From contig NW_024704742.1 of assembly GCF_018977255.1 (NCBI RefSeq), forward strand, positions 114,328,001 through 114,392,000: a stretch of 64,000 nucleotides of DNA, read 5' to 3'. Shown piece after piece: positions 13,327-25,500 of the stretch (its first letter is position 1; each line of letters opens with the position of its first letter). A program made the position numbers and the translations under genes. Below the pieces are notes generated by a model. It saw only the letters and a list, made by a program, of their open reading frames with translations. It ran no database searches and was not told the DNA's origin. The DNA is from Callorhinchus milii (taxonomy: Eukaryota).

Positions 13327-13491
13327 AGTAAACTCCTGATATCTCGGCCCAACTTAACTTGTCACTACCACTTAAATCATCATGCCGACATAAATATATT
13401 GATGTATTTTACATTCGCCTAACTCACTACTCTTGGTAACTTGTCACTGAGCCCTTTTCCCTTAGAGCAACAAGTTATCAGGACTTTACTG
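13327..13491. mobile_element. Second copy of the Tigger-like MITE, inverted relative to 3122-3291
   Basis: Ends TA-AGTAAACTCCTGATA and TTATCAGGACTTTACTG-TA. Internal TCACTGAGCCCTTTTCCCTT is the reverse complement of AAGGGAAAAGGGGCTCAGTGA at about 3150. Confidence 0.75.
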
Positions 13492-13726
13492 TAATCTTAT
13501 TTTAGCTGATCTTCTATCATCCACTTTGAGATCATGTGGTAACCAAAGTGCTCCGGTGTGAAGGGGGCTAAATAAATGCAAGTTGTTGTTGTTGAGGTAA
13601 ATTGCCAATTTATACTGAAGATTGTTAGGAAGGACACAGGAAGAAATTCCCTTCTCTTTGTGAATAGTATTATGGGATCTAACTTCTACTTCAACAGGCA
13701 GGCAGGATCTTAGTTTAAATTTTCAT

Positions 13727-14156
13727 AATAAATAATAATAATCCTTATATTTGGTATAGCGCCTTTCTTGGCAGGAGGACGCCTCAAAGCGTTTCACAGA
13801 ATATACTGAAAAGTGTAGCGACTGTGTGTTTTGTGGGCGAATGGGGCAGCCAATTTGCACACCACATTGTCTCACAAACAGTAATGAAGTGAATGACCAA
13901 TTTTTAATATGGGGAATTGTTAGCCTTTACACCAGTGAAAACTCCCTTCTCTTTTCGAATGGGATCTTTAATTTCCACCTGAACAGGCCTCGGTTTACCC
14001 TCTCATTTGAAGGACAGCACCTCGAACAACATGGCACACCCAGCATTGCATTAGGTAGTTAGCTAAGACTATGGGTTCTAAATCCCGATGCGGGTTTTGG
14101 ACTCTGCAATCTTCTGACTCTGAGGCAAAAGTGCTACCAAGTGTTCCAGGCTGACA
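13727..14156 (-). mobile_element. SacSINE1/Deu-like tRNA-derived SINE, near full length
   Basis: Reverse complement has the head GGTAGCAC..GCCTCAGAGTCAGAAG, the core AAACCGAGGCCTGTTCAGGTGGA..AAAGATCCC and an L2-type tail. Confidence 0.85.
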
Positions 14157-14984
14157 TATTTCCATTTCCAAGAATGCAGTGCTCCCAGTACCAAAGCCCA
14201 TATTCTAATGTGGGACTTGAACACACAATCTTCTGATTGTGGCTGACAACTTGATAATAGTAAATAATAGGAAAACTACAAAAAGCTACAACTTTACAGA
14301 AAGATCATTTTTTGGCCATTGACACACTGCTTCAAATTTTTCTTGCTAACTTTAGTTACATATGCACCAGGGTTTACCTCCATAAGGAAACAAAAAAGGC
14401 ATCCATCTGGAGATGCCTGAGCTGGGGAGGAGGAGAAACCAGCTGAATGCACCACTAATGCTCCAGACAAAGCAGGAAGCTAAACCCAAATAAGAAAAAA
14501 AATGTAACTTGGCATTTATCAGATATATTTAAACTTCACTTTTTGTCAAGGATTGTAATGCTGCGGAGAAGAAACTTTAATACACAAATTATTGCATTAA
14601 AGAAGCAAAATGTTTGAGCTTGCAATGTGCACTGATATTCCTGAGGCTAGATTCTGTTAAGTAGTGCAGCATGCATCAGGGATATGAATTCTAAACACGT
14701 GTGAGAATTCTGAAGTTATACAAATATGTTGCATAGCTTAGCTTTGCAGGAGCTGTTTTTTCGTTCAGATTTTGTTGTACATGTCCCACTGTCAAATATT
14801 TCGTAGTATCAGTGTGGCATTTTAGGATCTTACAACAATGAATGAGAATTGGTTACTTCCAAACTAGAGATTGAAACACAATTATTTAACTTCTCAGTAA
14901 TCATTTGAATATTCAACAAAACTATGATCCATCAGTATTCTCATGAGAGATTACAGTGATTGACAGCATATTAAAAAATAAGTA

Positions 14985-15515
14985 GGCATATGCACAGTTA
15001 GTAGCACTCTTGCTTCTGGGTCAGGAGGTTCTGGGTTTAAGCTGTGGGACTTTGAAGTTAATACTCCAGTGCAGTGTTGGGGGAACTATATTGTCAGATG
15101 TTTCATTCTTTAGAATGCTAAACTGAGGTTTCTCTCTGCTTGATCAGGTGGGTCATTGATCTCATGACCCTACTCAAAAAGAGAAGGGAGTATCTCCCAA
15201 TGTTCTGGGTAACAATCCTCCAGATATTTGATCAAAATTAAAATTTGCCCACAAAATACACAATCATTATTACACTTTACAGTATTTACTATAAAGCATT
15301 TTGAGCCATACTTCCAACATGAAAGGCGCTATATCAACTGTAATGAATATTATCATCATCATCATTTACTTCACGGTTAATTGTGAGGCATTGCTGTGTA
15401 CAATTTGACTGTAGTGTTACACGATTACAGTTATTGCAATTGATAGTGATTGACTATGAAAGGTTTTGTGATGTTTGTATGTTATAGGCGCTTTATCAAA
15501 TGCAACATTTAGTAT
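14985..15515 (+). mobile_element. SacSINE1/Deu-like SINE, with an extra tail segment
   Basis: GTAGCACTCTTGCTTCTGGGTCAGGAGGTT head, AACTGAGG..CAGGTGG core, AAGAGAAGGGAG, and two AGGCGCT(A/T)TATCAA tails. Confidence 0.75.
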
Positions 15516-16515
15516 TCTTAAATTTGGTGAGTATTGAAACATTTTAGTTCGCTGGACTCGGTTAAATGGTATAACACTTCAAGTTCACATGAGATTCCAC
15601 TTTCACAGTGAAAGTACAACTAAGACACCACACCATTGAAAAGCTAGCATAATGAAATAACAAGCATCTCATATGAGAAACGCATTGTTTTTGTTAGAGG
15701 TTTTAAAACCTCTCCGTGACAGATATGGGAAAAGAACAAGAAATCTCTCTTGATAACAGATTTAATGCTTGAGATATGTAAATCAGATTCTGCAATATTA
15801 AAACACGGACAGGTCTGAGAATAAACATTTCAATCATATAGAAATATTTCTCACACTAACACATACTACTTGAACAGTCCATTTTAATGCCTAAATTGGA
15901 ATAGATCACTTGGTCACAGTGGGAGCTATTATTTTCACAGGACAACTTTGACAGCAGTTCAGTACACCAAGTACTAATCCTCTCTGTCTATCACATTTAA
16001 TATAGTACCGGACTAGTCTGATCATCAGACACCACTTGGAACTTAAAACTTTAATCTCCAGCAGACCCAGTGCTACTCATTGCACTATGCTTTTAAGAAT
16101 CTTGCACAGATGTACTAATTTGAACAACTTTACACATCATTTAAATCACCTTCTTTTAAATAATGTTGTCCCATTGTGAAGACACACACAATAATTAGAA
16201 CCCAAAAGCTGGAAGATGAATGAGGTAATATCAGAACAGATGACAATCTTTATTGTACATTTTACAAGATAAAATATTTTATTATTAATTATAATGTTAA
16301 TAATAATCCTCGCATTTGATAAAGTACCTTATCACTTTGTCAAAACATCTCAAAGCACTTCACAGGATATACTGTTAAGTATAGTGACTGCATATTTTTA
16401 GGCAAACGTTTTAGGCAATTTGTACACGATGTCCCACAAACAACCATTAAGTGAATGACCAATTTTTATCTAGGAGGCTGTTGAAGGGAGAGAAACTCCC
16501 TTCACTTTTCAAATA

Positions 16516-17391
16516 AGAGTACAACTCGCATGAATCTTATCTTTATGAATCATATAATCGCCTAAGTCCTATACTCACCCGAGAACCATTCAGCTTCCTA
16601 TTAAAACCATTACTTGTATTAATCACGTCCTAACTCGTAATGCAGCTCCCCTACCCTCCATTACTCCTACATTTATTGGCTACCTTGAATCGTCCTGTAG
16701 CTCAGTGGTTAGAGCACTCGCTTTGCAAGCGGGACACCTGGTTCAATTCCAGGCAGGGCGAAACCTTGTGCAAGTTTCCTTACTCCACACACCTGATAAT
16801 AATCCCTCCAAATCAAAACAATAATAAATTGGTCATTTTCAATCCACGACTGCTTGTTGGACATTGCTGTGCGCAATTGGCTGCCGCATTTCGCCCACAA
16901 ATATACAGTCAATTCATTTTACAGTATATTCTGTGAAGCACTTTGAGATGTCTAGAAGATGTAAAAAGCGCTATATCAACTGTAAGGATTATTATTAATA
17001 TTATTATTGCATCCTCACCCGTTTACGCATGTGTACTTACCAGCCCACTGTATTGAATCGCGGGAAACTTAGTCTTGATCCGTCAACACACACACAGAAG
17101 AACTTCATTTCCTGCAATTCAATGAGATTCCAAAACTTGCTGATAACGTTTGCATACAGCGACAGGTCAAGACTCATTGAATCATGGGAAATGTAGTGTT
17201 GACCGATCACCACATGTGCACTTACTGGCAGCAGTGACGAAATATTGCATGCGCAATTATCAGCTGCATTAAATTACGCATGCGCTGTGTAAATTATTGA
17301 TTAAATCAGGTTTTATGTGACTTACAGTTTGCAAGTTGGACTTCACGTAATGTTATGGTCCCAACTGATACAATTTATGTGAGTTTTACTG
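16516..17391. mobile_element. Non-autonomous Tc1/pogo (Tigger-like) DNA transposon, itself containing a SINE
   Basis: Imperfect TIRs AGAGTACAACTCGCATGAATCTTATC and GATACAATTTATGTGAGTTTTACTG, with TA duplication at 16514-15 and 17392-93. Confidence 0.75.
16690..17008 (+). mobile_element. tRNA-Ala(TGC)-derived SINE, full length
   Basis: GTCCTGTAGCTCAGTGGTTAGAGCACTCGCTTTGCAAGCG head with A and B boxes, body, L2-type stem-loop tail and (ATT)n. Confidence 0.95.
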
Positions 17392-17914
17392 TAGTGCCAT
17401 GGGATTTTAAAAGACTAATAAACTAGTCTATTGAAATCTGTAAACACTGAACCAGATAAATTAACCTCAAATTGTTACAAGTAACAGAAATAAAATAGGA
17501 AAGACAGCAATACCCCAAAAAATATTTTGAAAGGAAATAGAACTCGTTCAAAAAGTCTCTTTTAAAAGTAGTTATAATAATTAAGATGTGAAGAAAACAG
17601 ATAGATTTTGAATGTTATTGAAGAGTCAGGAGTGTGACCAGCTTTTAATAAACATTAAAAATCATCCCTTAAAAGTTCTTGGGTAGTCCAATAGAGCAAT
17701 GAAATACGATTTCCTGGCAAAATCACCTCTTCAAGGTTGTTTCACCAGGCCATCTCCAGTGTAATTTGCTTCAAGATCGCAGACCGCAAACAGGATTTGT
17801 ACCGGATTTTTAGGGTCAATTCGGTGCAATTTTTTCATTGAATCCATGTGAAAAGGACAGGATAAATAGACCATTAAATACCTGTAATATTAGGTAGGGA
17901 GGGCATTAAACACT

Positions 17915-19617
17915 TTACCGCTTCTCATTAGATGTAGCTTCTATCCTACTACCCCATTTCCCCCTCTCACCCCGGCCCCTACCCATCGCTCCCTCCACAA
18001 CTTCGAACCTGTCTCCCACTCCTCTCTCATCAACACTATAACATGCATGAAACCGACCTCCTACTCCCTCGACCCCATCCCTACCCCTCTCCTTCCCTCC
18101 CAGTTCCACTCCTTGCCCCTCTACTCACAGACATCATAAACCTCTCCCTGTCCACTAGTACCGTTCCCACCCCTTTAAAAATGACTGTCATCACTCCTAT
18201 CTTTAAAAAACCCTCTCTGGACCCATTCCTGCTCTCAAACTACTGCCCCATCGCCAATCTCCCTTTCCTCTCCAAGGTCCTGGAACGTGTTGTTGATTCC
18301 CAGCTTCGTTCCTTCCTCTCCTACCACTCCCTTCATGAACCCCTCCAATGGGGTTTCCTGGTCAAAGTGACAAATCACATTCTGTCCATCTGCAACCAGT
18401 CTCCTCGTTTCCTTGACCTCTGTGCTGCCTTCGACAGCATTGACCATTCCATCCTCATCCACTGCCTCTCCTCTCACCTCAAGCTTCATGGTTCTGTCCT
18501 TGAGTGGTTCAGATGGTTCCTCTCACACCACCTCCACTTTATCTCCACAAACGGTTTCTCCTCTAGCCCCTGCACCGTCTCGTGCGGCGTTTCTCAGGGT
18601 TCTATCCTTGGTCCCCTCCTTTTCAACATCTATATGCTCCCTCTTGGTGACATCATCCACAGGCATGGGGTCAACTTCCTTATGTTGTGGATGGCACCCA
18701 ACTCTACCTCTCTGCCTCCACCCTTGACTCCAGGACCACTGCTGTCCTGACAGAATGTCTGTCGGACATCAAGTCCTGGATGAGAGCTAACTTTCTTCAG
18801 TTTGAACGTCAACAAGCCCTCCTGATTGGCTCCCCAGCGCCTCCTCACCTCAGGCACTGACAGCATCACCATGGATGCACAATCCACCTTGCTAAGTCAT
18901 TCTGGAACCCGTGGCGCCTTGTTTGACCCTCAACTATCCTTTCTACCCCACATCCATGCCATGACCTGTTCTGCCTTACCCCATCCCCGCAAGATTGCCC
19001 GGGTCTGCCACTATCTCACACTCAGGCTGCCAAAACCCTCATACAAGCTTTCATAACATCCAGGCTTGTCTATGCAAATTCCTTGCTTGTCGTCCTCCCC
19101 AACTCCTCCCTCCTTAGGCTACAGATCATCCAGATCTCTGCAACCAAGCTCCATGACCCTATCATCCCCATCTTCACCCAACTCCCCTGGTACTCCCATC
19201 ACTCAAGTTCAAGAGGATACAGTTCAAGATCCTGCTCCTCACCTTCAAAGCCCTCCATGGCCTTGCTCCCCCTTACCTCTTCGACCTACTAACCCCCTAC
19301 TAACCTGACTGCTCTGTCCACTCAGCGGGTTCTGGCCTGCTTCATGTCCCCCGCCCCACCCCACCATTGGCGGGCGGGCCTTCTGCCACTCTGCTCCCGC
19401 CCTCTGGCACTCCATCCCGCAGTCCCTCTGCCTCGTCCCCTCCCTTGCCTCCTACAAGACCCATCTCAAGACCCTTCTTTTTGCCCGTACCCTGCTTCCC
19501 CCGCTGCCCTCCACCTTCCCCAATCCCGACCCCAGCTCAGGTCCGAAACACTGACTGTCCAGTGGGACATCCTCCCGATGTGAAAGGCACTATACAAATG
19601 TAATTTTGTTGATGTTG
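17915..19617 (+). mobile_element. L2-clade LINE, 5'-truncated, with disrupted ORF2 and 3' tail
   Basis: ORF 18043-18750 with IINLSL, KKPSLDP..NY.PI.NLPFLSKVLER, DL.AAFDSIDH, GVSQGSILGPLLF. Frameshifts follow. Tail GGGACATCCTCCCGATGTGAAAGGCACTATACAAATGTAA(TTG)n. Confidence 0.97.
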
Positions 19618-19769
19618 TATCCATCTCCAAATAGGCTAAGAATCCTAAATGGATATTTAGTTTAAGTGCTTTGAGGCACTACCCTGCATTGAGGGCTCTG
19701 TATAACTGCAAGTTGTTGCTGTAGTTAAACAACATGGGTAAATATTAGGTTGAGAGGCTAAGTGAACTG

Positions 19770-20107
19770 GATACATTTGTTATCATTCAGGAGATTAAAG
19801 GGTTATATGATTGATGAAGGGAATTGACAAAGAAAATGAGGAATGACTGGTTCGATCTAATTGGGGAATCCATGACAAAACTGTATAACTAAAATTAGAG
19901 CCAAGATGCTGAAAAGGAGTCATAAAATCACAAATATTGAATAAACTGCCACAGATACTGAATTATTTGATGTGTTCAAAAGAGACATGGATATTAGGCA
20001 ACTTAGTATAGCAGGGGATAGAGAGTGAAAGTGGGGGAAATAGACAGTTGCCATAAAGTTAATGGCAGATCAACCTCAACAGGTGAAATGGACCACTCTT
20101 GTTCTAA
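19770..20107 (+). mobile_element. Old CR1 LINE 3' remnant
   Basis: GGAGATTAAAGGG..ATGAAGGGAATTGACA..TTCAAAAGAGACATGGAT..GGTGAAATGGACCACTCTTGTTCT resembles the 3' end of the CR1 at 40380-40765. Confidence 0.6.
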
Positions 20108-20917
20108 TATATACTAATGCAAACCCAAAGATAAAACAGTTTGCAGTGCAAAGTTAATGATGAGAATATTTTACTCTATGCTGCAGTACTTAGAAAGAAT
20201 TGACAAAATTCTTGATTTTTCTATTAAATCAACACTCTAATTATTATTGACATTCTGTAGGATAATGTGGAGGATAGAAGTATTACTATCAATACTAACA
20301 TTTATAAATTCTGCATGCCACTGACTTAAAGACCTTTGTGACTGCTTAAGTTTCATTTTATCAAAGTCAAGTCTTCATTTGTTCCACAACCACATACAGC
20401 ATAAACAAATTAAATGAAAACTTGCTTTATAAGAATTAAAATTTTACTGAGTGGGTTTTCAAGACATCAGTTAAACACCTTATATGGAAAAGACTGAAAG
20501 TAGATTTAGTCAAGGCATCTACAGATAGCCAGAACATGAAGGGGAAAAAATTAAACATTTTTCAAGTTACCAACTTGACAAATGAATGGTCACAGATGGA
20601 CAGCCAGTATCAGATCATAAATCTCCCTTCTAATGGTGCCTTGAGGAGAATAAAAGGGGCAGGATCAGATTCTGTGCTGATCATAAACATACCGTACGTA
20701 CTGTAATGGTACTTAAGATGACAGAATGGATTTGAGATATACATGTGAGATTTCTGAAGCTTTTATAAATAAATCTTTGACAAACGTGGCTAAAACATAG
20801 AAATAGACATTCTGGTTTATAAAAAGACAAAGCCTGTGGGAGTATAATTCTTTCCTTGTTGCCATATGGAGATCAATAAGCATTTGTGGTTAAGACATTA
20901 GTGCTGGTGAGAACAGG

Positions 20918-21200
20918 TGTCAGTTTGGCTCGGCTGGCAGCACTCTCACCTCTACATCAGAAGGTTCAAGCCGCACCTCGGGATATAGACTGACATACCA
21001 ATGCAGTATTGGGGTAAGTTGCCCTGTCAGAGACGGTGTACTTCAGATGTAATGTTAAAATGAGATTCCATCTGCCTGTTCATGTTAATGTCAAAGCCCC
21101 CAAGGAGACGATTCAAAAAGAGAAGGGAGTTTCTCCCAGTGGCTTGACCAACAATCCTCCTACTAAAATTGGTTATTTACTTCACAAATAGTCACTATAC
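20918..21200 (+). mobile_element. SacSINE1/Deu-like SINE
   Basis: TGTCAGTTTGGCTCGGCTGGCAGCACTCTCACCTCT..CAGAAGG head, AAAAAGAGAAGGGAGTTTCTCCC core. Confidence 0.8.
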
Positions 21201-21400
21201 TTTATTATTCATCCCCACATGTATTTTTTCTGTACCTCTAAAAGACAAGATGCGTCCTGCTAATATTAATCAATAATTCTTTCCCATTTCACTCTCCTTT
21301 CCTTTCCTCTGGTAGTCAATATGCACTAATTCTAGCTTGGCTTTCTTCGTATGTAAATAGTGCAGATTTGTAGTGGCCAGATGGAAGCCAGTAACAAGAG

Positions 21401-21465
21401 AGGAGGGTGAATTCATAGTGATTTCAGTCTTGCATAACATGATGCAAGAATGAATTCACCCTCCT
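21401..21465. repeat. Foldback hairpin with 16-bp plus 8-bp perfect stems
   Basis: AGGAGGGTGAATTCAT/ATGAATTCACCCTCCT and TCTTGCAT/ATGCAAGA, with an 11-nt one-sided bulge and a 6-nt loop. Confidence 0.9.
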
Positions 21466-22429
21466 ACCCCATTACGAGCTCAAGCTAACCCCTCACAACA
21501 GATATGTTGCCTCAAATGCCAACATTAGAACACTTACAAATGGAATTTTATCTGCTAATACTTGCCTACTTTTTAATTGGGCATTTTCTTTTAGATTACA
21601 TATGTAGACATTGGGAAAAAAATCTGTTTAATTGGAAGACTTCTTCCTGCCAATGATCTTCTCTTCTCACCTGAAGGTGAATATTCATACTGGGATACTG
21701 CTCCATGTGTACCAACAACCTTTAAGGATATCATTTAAGTGACCTATAAGACCAGCACACTATTTCACACCAAAATAATCGCAGAAAACCCTAACCTGTT
21801 CGCACCCAAAATCTACATAAGCACAGTCACTGGATAGTAATCAATAACCTTGAACAGATGTATTCCTTCAGCCAGTTTTTTATTTTATAAACTGTCATAA
21901 AAAGGGATATTAACCAATATTAAATCAGTGCATCTCCAATTTGCGTATAAGCCACTCTAACAGGTACAACTTTAGAAAATCTCACATATGTATAATGACA
22001 ATGAAGGCAGTTAGATACTTCAAATAACTTCCCGTTCAGGAACTTCGGTAAATGGGATGTATGAAAGTGATACTTTTTAAAAGTGATAAAATCCATTCTT
22101 TTTTTTGAAAGAAAAAAGCATCACTTACACGCAAACATCATTGTTTTAATTACAAGTACATAGTACATTCTTAGCACAAAAGAACTATAGTAAAGAATTA
22201 AAACAATTCATATTTTAAAATATATTTCAAAATGGAAACACTTCAGCTGAAAATTGATGTATAAAAGGATAGAAAGAGGAGTCTGTTTACTTGTTTCATA
22301 CTCTGAATCAGCCATCGCTTGAGTGAATCCTGCTGTGACTCATGTTCAGCAATTTTTTTCCCTCCCTAGACTAATAATACGCAGGAGAAAATGCGCATAT
22401 AACAAACAGTCTGATTCTCTGGTCACCTG

Positions 22430-22510
22430 GCAGATCTGGGCCGTATCGCTATGGCAACCCCATCTTGCATATGTAAAACTAGGGTGCTTTGGGACTACAA
22501 ATGACGTAAC
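22430..22510. promoter_or_regulatory. Cluster of transcription-factor motifs (RFX-like, POU-like, ACTACA, CRE/ATF)
   Basis: ATCGCTATGGCAAC 22445-58, TTGCATATGTAAA 22465-77, GGGACTACAA 22491-500 and TGACGTAA 22502-09, in unique sequence. Confidence 0.4.
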
Positions 22511-25500
22511 TCATCCCCTCACTCCCTTGGTCTGGAGATGGCAGCTGAAAAGAGGCAGCCAGTGACCAGCTATGCGTAAAAGAACAGAAATCTTAAAATC
22601 CTAGTAACTGGAAATGAATTTTTACTGCTTCTCAACATGCGCTCGTGTTTTGACAACTGTGATGCAATAGAAGGAATTATTACAAGAAACCATATTTTCA
22701 TGAAAATATACAATTAGACAAGCCTTTTGTGAATTACAAATTTTATTCATTTAAAATGTTTCTTTCAGGTTTTCTTCACATAGCGGATATTTAAAAAAAA
22801 CTAAACTGTAATCCTAATAGAATTTATGGAGAAATAGTTCTCCACAGATTGCATTAATGTACTAGGGAAATCTCTTCCCGTCTATCTCAAGCACCTCAGC
22901 AAAAATTAGTTTGTTTTTCTATATAAAATGAGTTCCGTAACCTCCTCCCCTCCCCCACTGTGCATCTCCAAACTGGAATTAATTCTCTTCTCCTCTTGCT
23001 ACCCCTCCCCCACATTTGTTTAATCCAAGCGAAAGGTTTTAAGTGAACAGCAAAACACATATTTCGTTGCTACTGAAGTACACGGTTCACTCAAAGAGCA
23101 GAAATCTCAGCAAGTGGCTTTTGTTACTAATATCTATACTACTGTTGTGCTATCTAGTCAGATATTCAGATCGCCAAACTATTTTTGCACATTAACTATG
23201 AATATTCATTTGTTGTTTATAAATTATATAAAAACAAATTAAGGTGCAATAACTGTGCTAAACAATGTTAATTTAAGCCACCTTCATCAATTTAAACATA
23301 AAGCAATAAAATACTCTTATGTGTCTGGAACACCCATTTCAAAGCTAAAATGTAGAGGTTACCAACTTTAAATACTTAAGCACAATTTCCTGCATTTTCT
23401 GCACAATCCATAATAGGATTATTCAACAACAAGGATTGACATGTCACCAAATGAAAAATAACAATTTGGAATTCTCGAATTGCATCGGGTATTCATTCGT
23501 CTCAACACTTCTGTATTTACAACATCACAAAAGGTGTAGAAATAATAATAGGTAACAATAGTTGTTCTGTGTTATCTACACCTATTTCAAAGTAGGTTAG
23601 TTTGTAGCTTTTATTGTGCAACTTGCTTTTATTGTTATATCACAATGCTTTGATGAAGGCTTATTTATTCCATTGCTGTGATCATGGAATTAAAGAGCAT
23701 TTCAATCTTTCACAACTGTGCAAAAGTCTCTATTTTTTTNCTTCAGTCAGTTTGTATGGAAAAACTCACATTTAAATAATCAACAGGGAAATGAGAGAAA
23801 AGGGTTTCAGATAGTAAGGACTCAAGCAGCCTGCAGCTGAAAAATGTACTTCCTGCAATTATTGAAACAGATGAAACCTGGGTGGTAAATGTCAGAACAG
23901 TTTTGTGATCTCCAGATCTTCTATTTGTACTTAAGTACCACACACAACTCCTGACATCGCATTTCATCTCAAACACAAGTACTGCAACATCTGTAGATTG
24001 GTTCATAGTATCATAGTATACTGGTAGTAAAAAAGCATCAACTATGTGCACTGTAATTGCATTACCCTGAAAACAAATTACCATTATACCTTTGTTGATG
24101 GTAACTCACTTGTCTGCACAACCAAAGGTTGTCAGAGATTCCATGTTAAAAAAGTATGTTGTAGGAAAATATGTCACTTAGAAGCTATTGATGTGTTAGT
24201 CAATATGCCAAACCACATTTGATGAATATTATACTGTAACATTGTAACAATTCTGTTCAAGAAACTTAATTTATGCATATTTTTAAAATAAAAAGTTTAC
24301 AATCCTCCCTATGAAACGTATTTCCCCTCCCATCACTTTAAAAACAAATCACTTACTAAATAGTCATTTGATCGGTGCAAATAAAAATCCTAAATTCATT
24401 TTATTTCTGTCATTTTGCATCAAGGTTTCCTTTGGTACAGAGGATTTTACCAAAGTAGGAACCATCAAACTTGCGGCATTTAAGAGTGCAAAGTTTGTTT
24501 TTACTTGACAGTCGTTTGACTACAAGAGATTGTAGCTTACCTGTTCAAGAAGGACAATAAATTTGAAGTGATATAATTGGGTTTTCTCCAACATATAAAC
24601 CTGAACAAATTTTGTGTGCACTATTTAAACAAACACATTAAAGTGATCAAGTTGGTAGAAGAATAATGATAACTATCATGTCTATAAATAAGATCTCACT
24701 TTGTAACACAATACAGAATTAGCATTAGTGCAAATGCCTGCACAGGTCAGTAGCGTATCAGCATTTTATAGGTCAGTATTTGAGGGACGTAGGATTATGT
24801 ACATCAGAATTATGTACATCAATAATTTGAGCAAAAGAAGGGAAAATTACAGCAACAATGAGAATTAGGAACACTATAAGGCAAGTAGAATGAACTTGTG
24901 TGATATATTCTAAAATTAGATATTTTACATTTTAAAATTTTTACAATGTTGATTTAGCTTCTTTCCAAATATCAACATATCAGTTAATGTTAACTGTAGG
25001 GTTAAATCAATTTCTCAATTAAAGAAAAACATGCATGAAAAGGAAAAGAATTAAAGGCAGAGTCAAAAATACTAAATGAAACAAAACAGAAAATAATTGG
25101 GAAGCAAATACAAAAAATTAAATACTGCAATTCCCACGAATAACAAATAATAAAGAAAGAAAAATAAAATAAATGGATAGATGGAACCTCTCTATCTCAT
25201 GAAAACAGTACATGCAGGGAATGTGAGTTTCCCTTCTGCACTCCTGCCAATAGCTGCCAGCTGAGGAATCGGTGAGCTAAATTTAGCATCCATAAAGAAA
25301 GCCTGGCCAGGGTGGCTCCAAATGCCTTTCTTCATAGCTGAGATCACTATTCTTTTGCATCCTCCTGTTGCCTACAGAAACAAAACAGTTGCAGCTATTT
25401 TTGACCTTTAATTATTCAATCCTACAAATCTGCAGAAGTAATTTTAAATCCCCAACACCAATAAGAAAGTCAACCTAAACAAAGGTAATCTTATTTTTAT

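Larger units (their letters stand above)
16295..17415 (-). mobile_element. SacSINE1/Deu-like SINE split by a DNA transposon (pieces 16295-16515 and 17392-17415)
   Basis: GAGAAACTCCCTTCACTTTTCAAATA continues after the insertion as TAGTGCCATGGGATTTTAA, as in the uninterrupted copies. Confidence 0.75.

Noticed and set aside
16690-16760. tRNA-Ala(TGC) gene (also at 43020-43089, 43349-43420 and 44694-44765)
   Set aside because: No complementary 3' acceptor strand, and each runs into the same SINE body and L2-type tail, so these are SINE heads
18043-18750. 235-aa ORF as a functional gene
   Set aside because: Internal piece of an L2 RT with deletions and a frameshift at the catalytic YADD region
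23743-24084. 113-aa minus-strand ORF with an internal acceptor
   Set aside because: AT-rich, weak donor and no domain recognised
24794-24821. Tandem duplication ATTATGTACATCA
   Set aside because: Isolated short duplication not linked to any element
25210-25390. Minus-strand exon after GTTTTGTTTCTGTAG
   Set aside because: No good donor. One frame gives DLSYEER, similar to the CR1 ORF2 C-terminus, so it may be a decayed LINE
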